Below, one piece after another: positions 9,966-19,653 of a stretch of 64,000 bases of DNA. The notes under the pieces were generated by a model, which ran no database searches, was not told where the DNA came from, and saw only the letters and a list, made by a program, of their open reading frames with translations. Source of the DNA: a virus (taxonomy: Duplodnaviria > Caudoviricetes); IMG/VR virus record IMGVR_UViG_3300014208_000024, positions 308,284 to 372,283 of that record; one strand, given 5' to 3'. Each line of letters opens with the position of its first letter. Positions within the stretch are counted from its first letter, which is position 1. Made by a program: the position numbers and the translations under genes.

Positions 9966-10523
9966 ATGAAAGCTACTACATTATTACAGTTAATCGAAAG
10001 TTTCGATTTTTCAGGTGTGTCCTTTATTTCGATAAAAGGATATTGTTCAGACGAAAGTGAAAACAGCGAAATCGCTGATGTTGTTGTGAATGTTGGTGCG
10101 TCTTATGGAAATATGAAAGATGCCGATTTGATTACCCTTCAGGGTGCAGATGTTTCAAAACTTGCTTCAGACAATTTTGGTTTTGCAATTCTTGAACAGG
10201 CTGTAAAAGAAAAAATTCAGTCAATTATTGCACCAAACGAAAACCGTTCAAACGGTCAAAAAGATGCCTACATCAACCTTAACCCCAAAGGTACTCTGAA
10301 ATATTGCAAATCTACGGGCAGTGTTTTGATACAGGGTACGGTTGTTCGTAAAACTGTGATTAAAGAGGGTATTTTCAAAACAACAAATTCACGCCCTTTA
10401 ACCCTTGCAAAAAAACATATTGACAAGGTTCTTGATCTGAAAGTCGCAAAAATGCGATATTACAAAATTGCAAATATCACACGAAATGTAAAAGTTTCAG
10501 GTGATTGTATCGAAATCGAATAA
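9966..10523 (+). CDS. Hypothetical protein
   Basis: ORF behind class-A promoter; ends at terminator. Confidence 0.8.
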   Translation: MKATTLLQLIESFDFSGVSFISIKGYCSDESENSEIADVVVNVGASYGNMKDADLITLQGADVSKLASDNFGFAILEQAVKEKIQSIIAPNENRSNGQKDAYINLNPKGTLKYCKSTGSVLIQGTVVRKTVIKEGIFKTTNSRPLTLAKKHIDKVLDLKVAKMRYYKIANITRNVKVSGDCIEIE

Positions 10524-10863
10524 CGAAAGAAAACGATCAGGGAGAGGGGGGCAGGTTGCCCCTCTTTTTTTTTCTTTTTTTTTAAAAACCTTTCCCTGAT
10601 ATGGTGGTTTACGAGCAAACCGAAATTTAAAAAAAAGTTTTTAAAAACTTTCCCTGACATAAACTTTCCCTTGCGTTTCCCTGTATATAGAAAACGTTCC
10701 CTTTAAAACGGTTTTTAGGCTATTTTACAGGCTTTTTTTTATTACTGAATGATATTTGATATGTTTCCCCGATCAAAACGCTTTAAAATGCTTTAAAATG
10801 TTTCCCCAAAAACGTTCCCTCTTTTTCAATTTATTTGCTTTATATATTTTAAATAATTTAATT

Positions 10864-11517
10864 ATGAAATTAGATTTTTCAGGTCGCATAAATACTGATT
10901 ATACAAAGGTTTCCCTTACTCGCTCTTTTAAATATAAGGGCGGTTTTATTTCACCTAAGAGATTAAAAAACGGCAATGAAAAATTACATCATTGTTTTGT
11001 TTTCGATTTACCTGCTGTATTAAGTTGTCCTAATTGTAAAGGTTGCAAAGATAGTTGCTACGCTTTACAGGCACAAATGCAATATCCCGATGTAAGAGTT
11101 TTCAGGCATACAAATTTACATCTTGCTGTTTTTAATATAAGCAAGTTAAAAGAGTTAATTTGTTCACAATTGCAGACATCACGAACAAACATTGTTCGCA
11201 TACATGGTAGCGGTGATTTTTTCAGTCAACAGTATGTGGATATGTGGCTCGAAATAATTAAAATGTTTCCTGATAAAAAGTTTTACGCTTATACAAAAGC
11301 TGAGAAATTATTTACCTTTAAAAAATTATCAAACTTTAACCTTATTACATCGTTTATAGGGGGCAAATTGAATTACGGTGACATTGATTATTGCAACAGT
11401 TTAAAAGATCGTTATAACGCTTTTATTTGCCCTTGCGGAATTGATAAAACTGTTAAATGTGGAATTGATTGTAATTATTGTATAACGAATAAAAAGGTTT
11501 GTTTTTTGAAACATTAA
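10864..11517 (+). CDS. GP88-like (radical-SAM-related) phage protein
   Basis: FDLPAVLSCPxCxxCxxSCYA, RIHGSGDF and FYAYTK motifs typical of the phage GP88 family; likely start MKLDF. Confidence 0.7.
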   Translation: MKLDFSGRINTDYTKVSLTRSFKYKGGFISPKRLKNGNEKLHHCFVFDLPAVLSCPNCKGCKDSCYALQAQMQYPDVRVFRHTNLHLAVFNISKLKELICSQLQTSRTNIVRIHGSGDFFSQQYVDMWLEIIKMFPDKKFYAYTKAEKLFTFKKLSNFNLITSFIGGKLNYGDIDYCNSLKDRYNAFICPCGIDKTVKCGIDCNYCITNKKVCFLKH

Positions 11518-11797
11518 ACCTTTCTCACTTTCCCAGAAAATTTGCTTTATATATCCATGAGAAAATAAATAAACAAACCAAAAAGGAATTTAAAATGCGA
11601 AAGTAAGTTTGTCTTTTCCTCTTAGTAATATTAAAATAGTAACTCGCACTCACAAGGTGCGGGAAAAACGTTTTTTATTTTGTTTTTTTAAATTTCTGTT
11701 TTGTCGTAAACCAATTACAAAAAACTCCATAACTCTTTTTCCCTCTTTTTCATTTTATTTGCTTTATATATTCACAAACCAATTAAAACCAAAAGCT

Positions 11798-12034
11798 ATG
11801 AGTTTAACAATTCACATACAGGCAAAGTCCAAAAAAGAGATCAATGAAAAATTGGCTCAGGGTAAAAAAGTTTACGGAGAAAGTTATTCATTATTTGGCG
11901 GTGGTGGTACGTATGAATTGAACAAAGATTTGCCCACAGGTACGGTAATTAAAATCTTTGAGAAATATGTATCGGGCAACCCGTTTGTAAAATCTTATGG
12001 TACGTGGGCTGCGAGTAAAAACAAGGTGATATAA
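11798..12034 (+). CDS. Hypothetical protein
   Basis: Start MSLTI behind class-A promoter. Confidence 0.75.
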   Translation: MSLTIHIQAKSKKEINEKLAQGKKVYGESYSLFGGGGTYELNKDLPTGTVIKIFEKYVSGNPFVKSYGTWAASKNKVI

Positions 12035-12096
12035 AAATTCCCACTTTCCCAGAAAATTTGCTTTATATCTTTATAAACCAATTAAAACTGACAATC

Positions 12097-12381
12097 ATGA
12101 AAAGATCAATAGGTTTCAAAAGGAGTGAGGAAAGAGAAATTGAAGTTTCAAACAATTCTTTACCTGCCACAAATGAAGATCGTCCCAGTGAAATTTCCGT
12201 ACCAATGAGTTCTGCTCAGGTTGATCTACTTGAAACGATTCAAAACCTGTCTGAAATAATTGTGGACAAAAGTTTTGCAAAGTTTGCAGAAAACCAAAGA
12301 GTTTTATTTATTAAACAGCTTATCAATGCAGTTTCATTAAATTCTGAACTGACAACAAAAACAGCTATGCTGATGGTTTAA
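12097..12381 (+). CDS. Hypothetical protein
   Basis: Start MKRSI behind class-A promoter. Confidence 0.7.
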   Translation: MKRSIGFKRSEEREIEVSNNSLPATNEDRPSEISVPMSSAQVDLLETIQNLSEIIVDKSFAKFAENQRVLFIKQLINAVSLNSELTTKTAMLMV

Positions 12382-12875
12382 TCCCACTTTTTGAAATAAT
12401 TTGCTTTATACAGACATAAGAAATTGCCCGAAACAAATAATACTACAAATCATGAATAGAATAAGAGAACCCGATGTAAGTAAAAAAATTTATTTAGAAT
12501 TTATAAAACAATCCGTTGATCAAAAACTTTCGTAAAAAAGCAAAAAGGTATGCCGAGAATAAGATGCCCGAATAGGATAAAAACCCACTGAAAATTAACA
12601 AGAGTATTAACCCTAAATGAAAAATAGTATGATAAGAGCCTCTCCGAAATAAGCACATCTAATAATCTATAATATATAATAATCCGATTAAAACCCCTAC
12701 CCGTTTATATTTGGGCGGGGGTTTCTTTTTTTTATTTCTTTTTTTTAAATTTCTGTTTTGTCGTAAACCCTCCCTTTGAAACTTTCCCCAACCTTTCCCT
12801 GTTTTCCCCAGAGTTTTCCCACTTTTTCTTTTTATTTGCTTTATATACTTGTCAAACCAATTAAAACCAAAGATC

Positions 12876-13067
12876 ATGTCAAAAACAAAAAAATTCCACA
12901 AGCCGTCAAAAAGTGAAGTTGACGAAATGTATCTGAAAGCAAACCGCAAAGGTAGCAGACAGGCAGAACTTGAAAACGCCACAGGTTTTACCTCAAATCA
13001 CAAAGCACACAAAAGTAAAAAAGATTACAACAGAAAACCAAAGCACAAAGGAAGTTGGGATTGTTAA
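12876..13067 (+). CDS. Small basic protein
   Basis: Start MSKTKK behind class-A promoter; HKSKKDYNRKPKHK motif. Confidence 0.7.
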   Translation: MSKTKKFHKPSKSEVDEMYLKANRKGSRQAELENATGFTSNHKAHKSKKDYNRKPKHKGSWDC

Positions 13068-13122
13068 TCCCACTTTTATTTTTTATTTGCTTTATATAAT
13101 CACAAACCAAAAACAAAAACCA

Positions 13123-13455
13123 ATGAAAAGCATATTTGTAAAATTCGGGAACATGAGAGGTGAAGCGCAAGATTTTACCCTGTATCCGTACAATGGTGGT
13201 GATACGATTGTAATTCAATCAGACAAAAGAATTGCACAGATCAATCTGAAAACAGGTGAAACGATACTGAGCAAACAGGTTCAGGGCGGGGCTTATTTCA
13301 TGCACTTAAACGCATTTTTAGGGGCAACAGTTTGCCAATTTCCAAAAGATGAACTGATAAAAATTCAGGAATATTTGTGGAACAATGCAGGTGAAAAAAT
13401 TCATGGAGGTATTTTGATCACAGAAGACAAACCACTATTTTCAGTAAAATTATAA
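13123..13455 (+). CDS. Hypothetical protein
   Basis: Start MKSIF behind class-A promoter. Confidence 0.75.
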   Translation: MKSIFVKFGNMRGEAQDFTLYPYNGGDTIVIQSDKRIAQINLKTGETILSKQVQGGAYFMHLNAFLGATVCQFPKDELIKIQEYLWNNAGEKIHGGILITEDKPLFSVKL

Positions 13456-13524
13456 AAGAGGGGGCTTTCCCTCTTTTCCAGATAATTTGCTTTATATATT
13501 TACAAACCAATTAAAACCAAAAAG

Positions 13525-13881
13525 ATGAAAAAATCATTAGCATTATTAGCAAAAGGGTTTGAAAGCTCATGTTCAACCACACCCGAATTTGCCCAGTTTT
13601 TTCGCACCTTTAAAAGCGAATTTACAAAAGAACTTCAAAGCATTGGGGCAACCAAAATCGAAATGAACAGGGGTCATTTTTACCTGTCAGGTTTTTTTAC
13701 AAAAGGTGAAAAGATTTTCTATTTTTCTCTTTCCGATGTAAGAGGTTCAGACTTTGTTTTGGGCAGTGGTGGTGATCTTGATCTACTTTACAGAACTGCA
13801 AAACACTACAAAGATTGGTCAGGGGGTACAAATTGTTATGTAATAATCGAGGCGGGAATGGCTCAAAAAATGAGGTTATAA
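13525..13881 (+). CDS. Hypothetical protein
   Basis: ORF behind class-A promoter. Confidence 0.75.
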   Translation: MKKSLALLAKGFESSCSTTPEFAQFFRTFKSEFTKELQSIGATKIEMNRGHFYLSGFFTKGEKIFYFSLSDVRGSDFVLGSGGDLDLLYRTAKHYKDWSGGTNCYVIIEAGMAQKMRL

Positions 13882-13949
13882 AAAAGAGGGAACTTTCCCT
13901 CTTTTCTTTTTTATTTGCTTTATATATTTATAAACCAAAACTAATTTTT

Positions 13950-14174
13950 ATGAAAACAAATATTTTAAAATACAGTTTATACCTCATTTTTGTTTTAGCT
14001 TTAATTTCTAAAGTTGACGGTTGGGGTGCAATTCTTTCAGCAGTAAAAGAGTTTTCGTCTTTTGTTTTATTTATGGCAGTTATCATCGCCTTTGTTGTTT
14101 TGCTTTATATAATGTTCAACAAATCAAAATCTCTCAAACGTTTTGTTGACGACAAAGATAATGAACTGAAATGA
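13950..14174 (+). CDS. Small membrane protein
   Basis: Two hydrophobic segments; class-A promoter. Confidence 0.7.
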   Translation: MKTNILKYSLYLIFVLALISKVDGWGAILSAVKEFSSFVLFMAVIIAFVVLLYIMFNKSKSLKRFVDDKDNELK

Positions 14175-14238
14175 TCGTTTCCCACTTTTCAAAGAAATTT
14201 GCTTTATATAATCACAAACCAATTAAAAACCAAAAATC

Positions 14239-14583
14239 ATGAAAAAAGCAAACATAGTATTTAATGACCAGAGAATACCATCGGAATATCTGAACACAAT
14301 TCTCGTTGAAAATGTTAAAGATCTCATAAGCGCCCACAATTTTGTATTTGGATCTACATTCAGCGATTTTGCAAAAAAAGCATTAACAGGACTTAAAAAA
14401 ACAAGCGATATAACATTCAGGATTGAAAGTTTAATAAGGAATGAAAATCTTGCCCCTCAAACAAAAATCTGCTTTATAAATCAATTAAAAGCTGTCCTTT
14501 CGGGTAATTTTATCAGAATGAATAATGCAGGGGGTTACTTTGATTTTGACCCTAACAAAGCAACAATAACGAAATTAAAATAG
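14239..14583 (+). CDS. Hypothetical protein
   Basis: ORF behind class-A promoter; followed by terminator. Confidence 0.75.
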   Translation: MKKANIVFNDQRIPSEYLNTILVENVKDLISAHNFVFGSTFSDFAKKALTGLKKTSDITFRIESLIRNENLAPQTKICFINQLKAVLSGNFIRMNNAGGYFDFDPNKATITKLK

Positions 14584-14772
14584 GTTTTTTCATAGTTTAA
14601 TTGTTTAAATTGGTTTGAAGGGGGGCTGGTTACCTCCCTTTTTTTTATTTTCTTTTTTTAAATTTCGGTTTGGTCGTAAACCATACCTTTTTGATTTTTC
14701 ACCTGTGACTTCCCATGTTCCACTTTCTCAAATAATTTGCTTTATATACTCATAGCAAAAAACCATAAACAA

Positions 14773-15009
14773 ATGAAAACAATAGATAAAATTATAACCA
14801 AAGTAGATTGCAAATTCGGAGCGCCAATGGGAAGATATAATATAGGCAACAAGCCAACAAACAAAAGAGTTTTTGATTGTGCAGTCCCAATGAGTTGTGA
14901 CGGTGCTTATGATAAAGGTGGGGCATATTTTGGGATTGGAAAACAATTAAGAGTTGAGTACACAAAAGATTTATCTTATGTGAAATTTTACAGGAGGGGA
15001 GAAAAATAA
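14773..15009 (+). CDS. Hypothetical protein (GAPMGR family)
   Basis: CKFGAPMGR...YDKGGAYFG motif; class-A promoter. Confidence 0.75.
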   Translation: MKTIDKIITKVDCKFGAPMGRYNIGNKPTNKRVFDCAVPMSCDGAYDKGGAYFGIGKQLRVEYTKDLSYVKFYRRGEK

Positions 15010-15064
15010 TTCCCACTTTTCAAAGAAATTTGCTTTATATACTCATAACCAAAAACCAAAACCA

Positions 15065-15256
15065 ATGACAAAAGAAAAAACTTATACAGGTGCTTATAAA
15101 GTAGTTCAAATTTTCAGAGTTTCTAAAAGGCGTAAAACTTTAAAGCGTGGTTTAACAAAAGAAGAAGCAATGAGGGTTGTTAACAGATACCCCAACAGTT
15201 CTCGGAGTATGGTTGTATTTATGAAGCAATTTAGTGCTGATAAATATTTTGTTTAA
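15065..15256 (+). CDS. Hypothetical protein
   Basis: ORF behind class-A promoter. Confidence 0.7.
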   Translation: MTKEKTYTGAYKVVQIFRVSKRRKTLKRGLTKEEAMRVVNRYPNSSRSMVVFMKQFSADKYFV

Positions 15257-15281
15257 CGGTTGTATAATAAAAAACAATTAA

Positions 15282-15668
15282 ATGAGATTCATTCTAAGAC
15301 CATTTTGCATATTGATAGTAAAGTTTTTACAAAGAAGGTATAAACAAATAACTATTAAAAACAGGCACAATCAGACAAATCAGGTTTTATCAAAATTAAA
15401 ACTGATACAATCAATTTTATATTATTTTAAAAGTCAATTTCATGCTTGGGGTTATTTTCACCCCGATTGTGGATGGAGCGAAAAAGATGAATTTAAGTTT
15501 AGGAAACTGTTTCCTACAAAAGATTTTGAAGAGCTTGATTTAGTTGTTTTGCACAATCCTAATGCGATAACTTATTATCAGAATAGGATATATGACCTAA
15601 CAAACGGAAAGAGCGTTAAATCCAGCGATATTGAGAAACAGTTAAGAAAGTGGAATGATTGGAATTAA
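15282..15668 (+). CDS. Hypothetical protein
   Basis: ORF co-transcribed with previous gene. Confidence 0.65.
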   Translation: MRFILRPFCILIVKFLQRRYKQITIKNRHNQTNQVLSKLKLIQSILYYFKSQFHAWGYFHPDCGWSEKDEFKFRKLFPTKDFEELDLVVLHNPNAITYYQNRIYDLTNGKSVKSSDIEKQLRKWNDWN

Positions 15669-15720
15669 TCCCACTTTCTACAATAATTTGCTTTATATCC
15701 ACAACCAAAACCTTAAAATT

Positions 15721-15942
15721 ATGACTGAATTACAATTTATTCTTTTAGAAATTATTATTTTAATAATTATTTATCTTGGGTGTTTCTGTTTAATTTTTAA
15801 GTCAATGGTTTTTAATACAGCAGAAGAAGAAATTAAAAACATGAAAATAAGCAATATAGTTGCTTTGATAGTAGTTTCAATCTGTGTTATTTGTATTTAC
15901 ATAAATTATCCGACATTCCCAATTTCCCACTTTCCCCAATAA
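15721..15942 (+). CDS. Small membrane protein
   Basis: Two TM-like segments; class-A promoter. Confidence 0.7.
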   Translation: MTELQFILLEIIILIIIYLGCFCLIFKSMVFNTAEEEIKNMKISNIVALIVVSICVICIYINYPTFPISHFPQ

Positions 15943-15978
15943 TTTGCTTTATATATTCATAACCAAAAATCAAAAGTC

Positions 15979-16197
15979 ATGATAGAATATCGCAAAAGAT
16001 ACAGTGAATCAACCACACGTTCAACTTCACCCATAACAAAAAAGGGTCAGGCAATAACTGTTCGCAAAGGAAAAAAGAAATTTAAAGTTATAATCACGCA
16101 CCCGAATTATGCTGGAAGCAATATAACTGAGGGGGATGCAAACGGAAAACATTATGTATGTTGGTTCAATTATGGTTCATGGTCTGTATCTAATTAA
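15979..16197 (+). CDS. Hypothetical protein
   Basis: ORF behind class-A promoter. Confidence 0.7.
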   Translation: MIEYRKRYSESTTRSTSPITKKGQAITVRKGKKKFKVIITHPNYAGSNITEGDANGKHYVCWFNYGSWSVSN

Positions 16198-16251
16198 TTC
16201 CCACTTTTTATTTTAATTTGCTTTATATATCCATAACCAAAAATAAAAGCC

Positions 16252-16488
16252 ATGCAATTAACTAAAGAAGAAAAAACAAATATATTCTGGTCGTTGCTTA
16301 AAGAATATCCCGAATTTGAAAGGAGCCGTAAACAAATGCCTTTAATTTTTAAAGGAGAAGAAAAAATATCAAAAATGATTAAAATCATTAATGATGGAGA
16401 AAAAAAAGCTTATGATTTGATCAAAAAGTTTGCTGATGAAATTGGAGAAAATATACCCGAATACAAGAATCCAAATTTGAGGGGGTAA
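16252..16488 (+). CDS. Hypothetical protein
   Basis: ORF behind class-A promoter. Confidence 0.7.
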   Translation: MQLTKEEKTNIFWSLLKEYPEFERSRKQMPLIFKGEEKISKMIKIINDGEKKAYDLIKKFADEIGENIPEYKNPNLRG

Positions 16489-16548
16489 TAATATTCCCAC
16501 TTTCCCAGGAAATTTGCTTTATATATCCATAACCAAAAAATAAAAGCC

Positions 16549-16974
16549 ATGCCAAAATTTGAATTAAGATCAAACCAGTACATTCCTTATCGTGGAAAAA
16601 GATTACAAAGTGGGATGCCTGCCAGTGCTACATACTTTTATTTCGTAAATGAAAACGGAAAAGTTGTGGACTTACAAACATTAAAACCATATAAGGGAAA
16701 ACAAATGAATCGTTATGCAATGCACGATAAAAAAGAGGCAAATTCTTTTCTTAAATTGATTAATAAAACTACAACTCACAAAGTTGAAAAGCCAAAGGGT
16801 ACTTTTTATTCTGATTATACCATAAAAGGTGATTGCTGTTATGCAATATTTGAAAACTGTGATGGAAGGGTTAATACAAAATTAGTTTGCAAAACAAAAA
16901 AAACGAATGACGATTGGAAAACTTTTAATATAAAGGAAACAAAAAGGAATTTATTTATAAATCTGGGAGAATAA
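16549..16974 (+). CDS. Hypothetical protein
   Basis: ORF behind class-A promoter. Confidence 0.7.
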   Translation: MPKFELRSNQYIPYRGKRLQSGMPASATYFYFVNENGKVVDLQTLKPYKGKQMNRYAMHDKKEANSFLKLINKTTTHKVEKPKGTFYSDYTIKGDCCYAIFENCDGRVNTKLVCKTKKTNDDWKTFNIKETKRNLFINLGE

Positions 16975-17027
16975 ACTCTCCCACTTTTCTTTTTTATTTG
17001 CTTTATATATTCACAAACCGCAAAGCT

Positions 17028-17405
17028 ATGTATAAAGTTTACAGATATGAAAGCCCTTATGATCAAACGGGGGTTTTTAATTGTAGCCTTTCAAAATTTC
17101 CTGATAAATACAAAGTTTCAAAATTGTGTGATAAAATTCATGGAGATCATATCGGAAATAAAGATCACCCCACTTTACAAACTGACGGGTTAGATTTTGC
17201 ACTTGAAATGACTGGGTTTTTATGTGCTTGTAATAGCATAAAAGAATTATTGAATTGGTTTGATAAATACAATAAAAAACTTATTAAAAGCGGTTTTGTA
17301 ATTGCTGAATATATTGTAATTGCAAAGTTTGACGGCAAATCTGGATTGCAATGTGTTTTCAATGAAAAGGCAATAATTGAAAGAAATGTTATTTCCACTT
17401 TTTAA
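17028..17405 (+). CDS. Hypothetical protein
   Basis: Start MYKVYRYE behind class-A promoter. Confidence 0.7.
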   Translation: MYKVYRYESPYDQTGVFNCSLSKFPDKYKVSKLCDKIHGDHIGNKDHPTLQTDGLDFALEMTGFLCACNSIKELLNWFDKYNKKLIKSGFVIAEYIVIAKFDGKSGLQCVFNEKAIIERNVISTF

Positions 17406-17448
17406 TAAAATTTGCTTTATATACTTATAACTTTAAAACCTTTCCCCA

Positions 17449-17718
17449 ATGAAAAAAACAATGTATTTAACGGTCAATGTTTCTGAAGGAAACGCTGAAC
17501 ATATTGGAACGATGAAAATTACATCGGCAGGTCAAATTGAAGGTAAATTAAAAGAAATGTTAGATTCACATTTTGATGCCAATGTTGAAGTTAAAAACGA
17601 TACACCGTTTCAATTAGAAGATTTTCTCTACGGCAGAACCGTTGAGCTTAAAGTGAAAGTTGATTCTGAAATAGACAGCATTGAAGAAATTATTATTCAG
17701 GAAACATGGTTATATTAA
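17449..17718 (+). CDS. Hypothetical acidic protein
   Basis: ORF behind class-A promoter. Confidence 0.7.
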   Translation: MKKTMYLTVNVSEGNAEHIGTMKITSAGQIEGKLKEMLDSHFDANVEVKNDTPFQLEDFLYGRTVELKVKVDSEIDSIEEIIIQETWLY

Positions 17719-17774
17719 ACTCCCACTTTCCCCAATAATTTGCTTTATATACTTATAAAACCAAAACTTTCCCA

Positions 17775-17930
17775 ATGGAAGAATTGAAAAAGAAAGTAAT
17801 TGCAAAGTTAATTACATACGGCAACAATGCAGAAGAAGTGAAAATTATGGTTGCAAAACACTTTGAATATGCTGCAAGTAATTATAAGACAGTGAAGACA
17901 ATTTGTGAATGTATCAGAACAATATATTAA
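17775..17930 (+). CDS. Small hypothetical protein (51 aa, not in ORF track)
   Basis: MEELKKKVIAKLITYG... directly behind class-A promoter. Confidence 0.65.
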   Translation: MEELKKKVIAKLITYGNNAEEVKIMVAKHFEYAASNYKTVKTICECIRTIY

Positions 17931-17949
17931 AACCTTAGAGCTTAACAAA

Positions 17950-18108
17950 ATGAATATAGAGAAAAGAAAAAAAAGCAATGCAGCTCACAAAGTTTTATCG
18001 CTAATGGATAAAGATTTTTCTTATGAAAAAGCTTTGAGAAAAGTTTTAAAATCAGATAAAAGATTAAACAAAGTAAAGCTTGAAAAAGAACTGGACTTTT
18101 ATATTTAA
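17950..18108 (+). CDS. Small hypothetical protein
   Basis: Likely start MNIEKRKK. Confidence 0.55.
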   Translation: MNIEKRKKSNAAHKVLSLMDKDFSYEKALRKVLKSDKRLNKVKLEKELDFYI

Positions 18109-18166
18109 AACTCCCACTTTTATTTTTTATTTGCTTTATATATCCATAACCAAAAACCACAACAAA

Positions 18167-18376
18167 ATGAAAAAATTAAGAGTATTTGAATTTTCCCTTG
18201 ATGTTGACTATGGAGGTGGTATAATGTTAATCGCTGCCAAAGATACAGATCGTGCAATAGAATTGTGTCCAGTGCTTAGTCGTTTTCATGGTACTTGGGT
18301 ATATTCAGGTGAACATACAGAATTGTCCTATAAAGGAAAAGAGGGTGAAATTTTGAGTTTTACAAGAGTGGATTGA
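18167..18376 (+). CDS. Hypothetical protein
   Basis: Start MKKLRVF behind class-A promoter. Confidence 0.7.
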   Translation: MKKLRVFEFSLDVDYGGGIMLIAAKDTDRAIELCPVLSRFHGTWVYSGEHTELSYKGKEGEILSFTRVD

Positions 18377-18433
18377 ATTTCCACTTTTCCCAATAATTTG
18401 CTTTATATATCCATAACCAAAAACCACAACAAA

Positions 18434-18745
18434 ATGAAAAAAGATACTTACAAAACAGATGTGATTTTCAGAGTTCTCACTATTGGTGATATAACAGAAG
18501 TCACAGCATTGTTTCCTCATGATGTTGAAACGCCTGAAGGTCATATAAGCTGTTATGCTCACGTTGGTCAGCATGGGTCAGCAGATTACAGATATTGCGT
18601 ATCAAAAAGCCGTCTTGCCACAAAAGAAGAATACAGGGATCTCAAAAACGAACTTGAAAACGCTGTGGGATATAACCTGAATATTGTTCAAAAACAGAAC
18701 AGAACAAAATATCTGAAAAGTTATTACGAAACAAGAAAAAGATAA
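18434..18745 (+). CDS. Hypothetical protein
   Basis: VTALFP...SCYAHVGQHG motif; class-A promoter. Confidence 0.75.
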   Translation: MKKDTYKTDVIFRVLTIGDITEVTALFPHDVETPEGHISCYAHVGQHGSADYRYCVSKSRLATKEEYRDLKNELENAVGYNLNIVQKQNRTKYLKSYYETRKR

Positions 18746-18844
18746 TCTGGGTTCATATTGGTTTGGTTTGATCGGGGAGGAGTGGTTTCCTCCCCTCTTT
18801 TTTAAATAATTTGCTTTATATATTCATAACCAAAAATTAAACAA

Positions 18845-19300
18845 ATGGGACACGATATATCCGCTTTTAAAATAGAATCAAAAAACGATGACAATATTGG
18901 TTTTCGTGAAGGAGAAGAAATTTCTTATGCTTGTTTTTCCGCTGGGAACATTGTGGGTCAATATCTTTTTTATGAAAGCCTAAATGCCCAAAAATTTAAC
19001 GCTGGGTGCAGTGGTGGTGGTGGTCGGGATGTTTATACTATTGACCAAATAAAAACCGCCAAATCAAAGCTAAACTACATTTCCTCAGATGATAATGTGA
19101 GTGCAGAAATTAAAAGGTATTCATTTGATGAAAAACACAATATTTTTAAAAATCTTATTGATAGGCTTAATGGCAACCCCGAAAGTGCTTTATTAAAAGG
19201 AGATGCTGAAAGAATTAAACATGAAATTAAAAAGATCAATCAGTTTTATGATAATATTTTAAACAGCGGAGAGGAAACAATTATGATAGGGTTTTATTGA
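18845..19300 (+). CDS. Hypothetical protein
   Basis: ORF behind class-A promoter. Confidence 0.75.
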   Translation: MGHDISAFKIESKNDDNIGFREGEEISYACFSAGNIVGQYLFYESLNAQKFNAGCSGGGGRDVYTIDQIKTAKSKLNYISSDDNVSAEIKRYSFDEKHNIFKNLIDRLNGNPESALLKGDAERIKHEIKKINQFYDNILNSGEETIMIGFY

Positions 19301-19408
19301 AAACCCTTTTTTATTTTCTTTTTTTAAATTTCTGTTTTGTCGTAAACCCATATACAAAATTCCCCCACAAGACAACTTCCCACTTTTTCAAATAATTTGC
19401 TTTATATA

Positions 19409-19600
19409 CTCACGAAGCGAAAGGAAAAACAGGGTTTCAGGTTTTTGTTACTTAGAGTTTTTGTGCAGTCAGCTTCAAAGGGTTAAATTCCCTTGCAAAA
19501 CTCACTTGAAAGTTAAAACCTCCTGATCTGGTTAAACCCCAGATAACTTCGATGGTGTGAAAACCGAAAAAAAGAGGGGTGAAATCCTCTTTTTTTATTT
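19409..19600 (+). ncRNA. Candidate structured small RNA (about 190 nt)
   Basis: Class-A promoter, no ORF, nested helices AGGTTTT/AAAACCT, GAGTTTT/AAAACTC, AAGGG/CCCTT and ATCTGG/CCAGAT, then a terminator. Confidence 0.55.
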
Positions 19601-19653
19601 CCCACTTTTTCAAATAATTTGCTTTATATACTCACAAACCAACAATTAAAACA

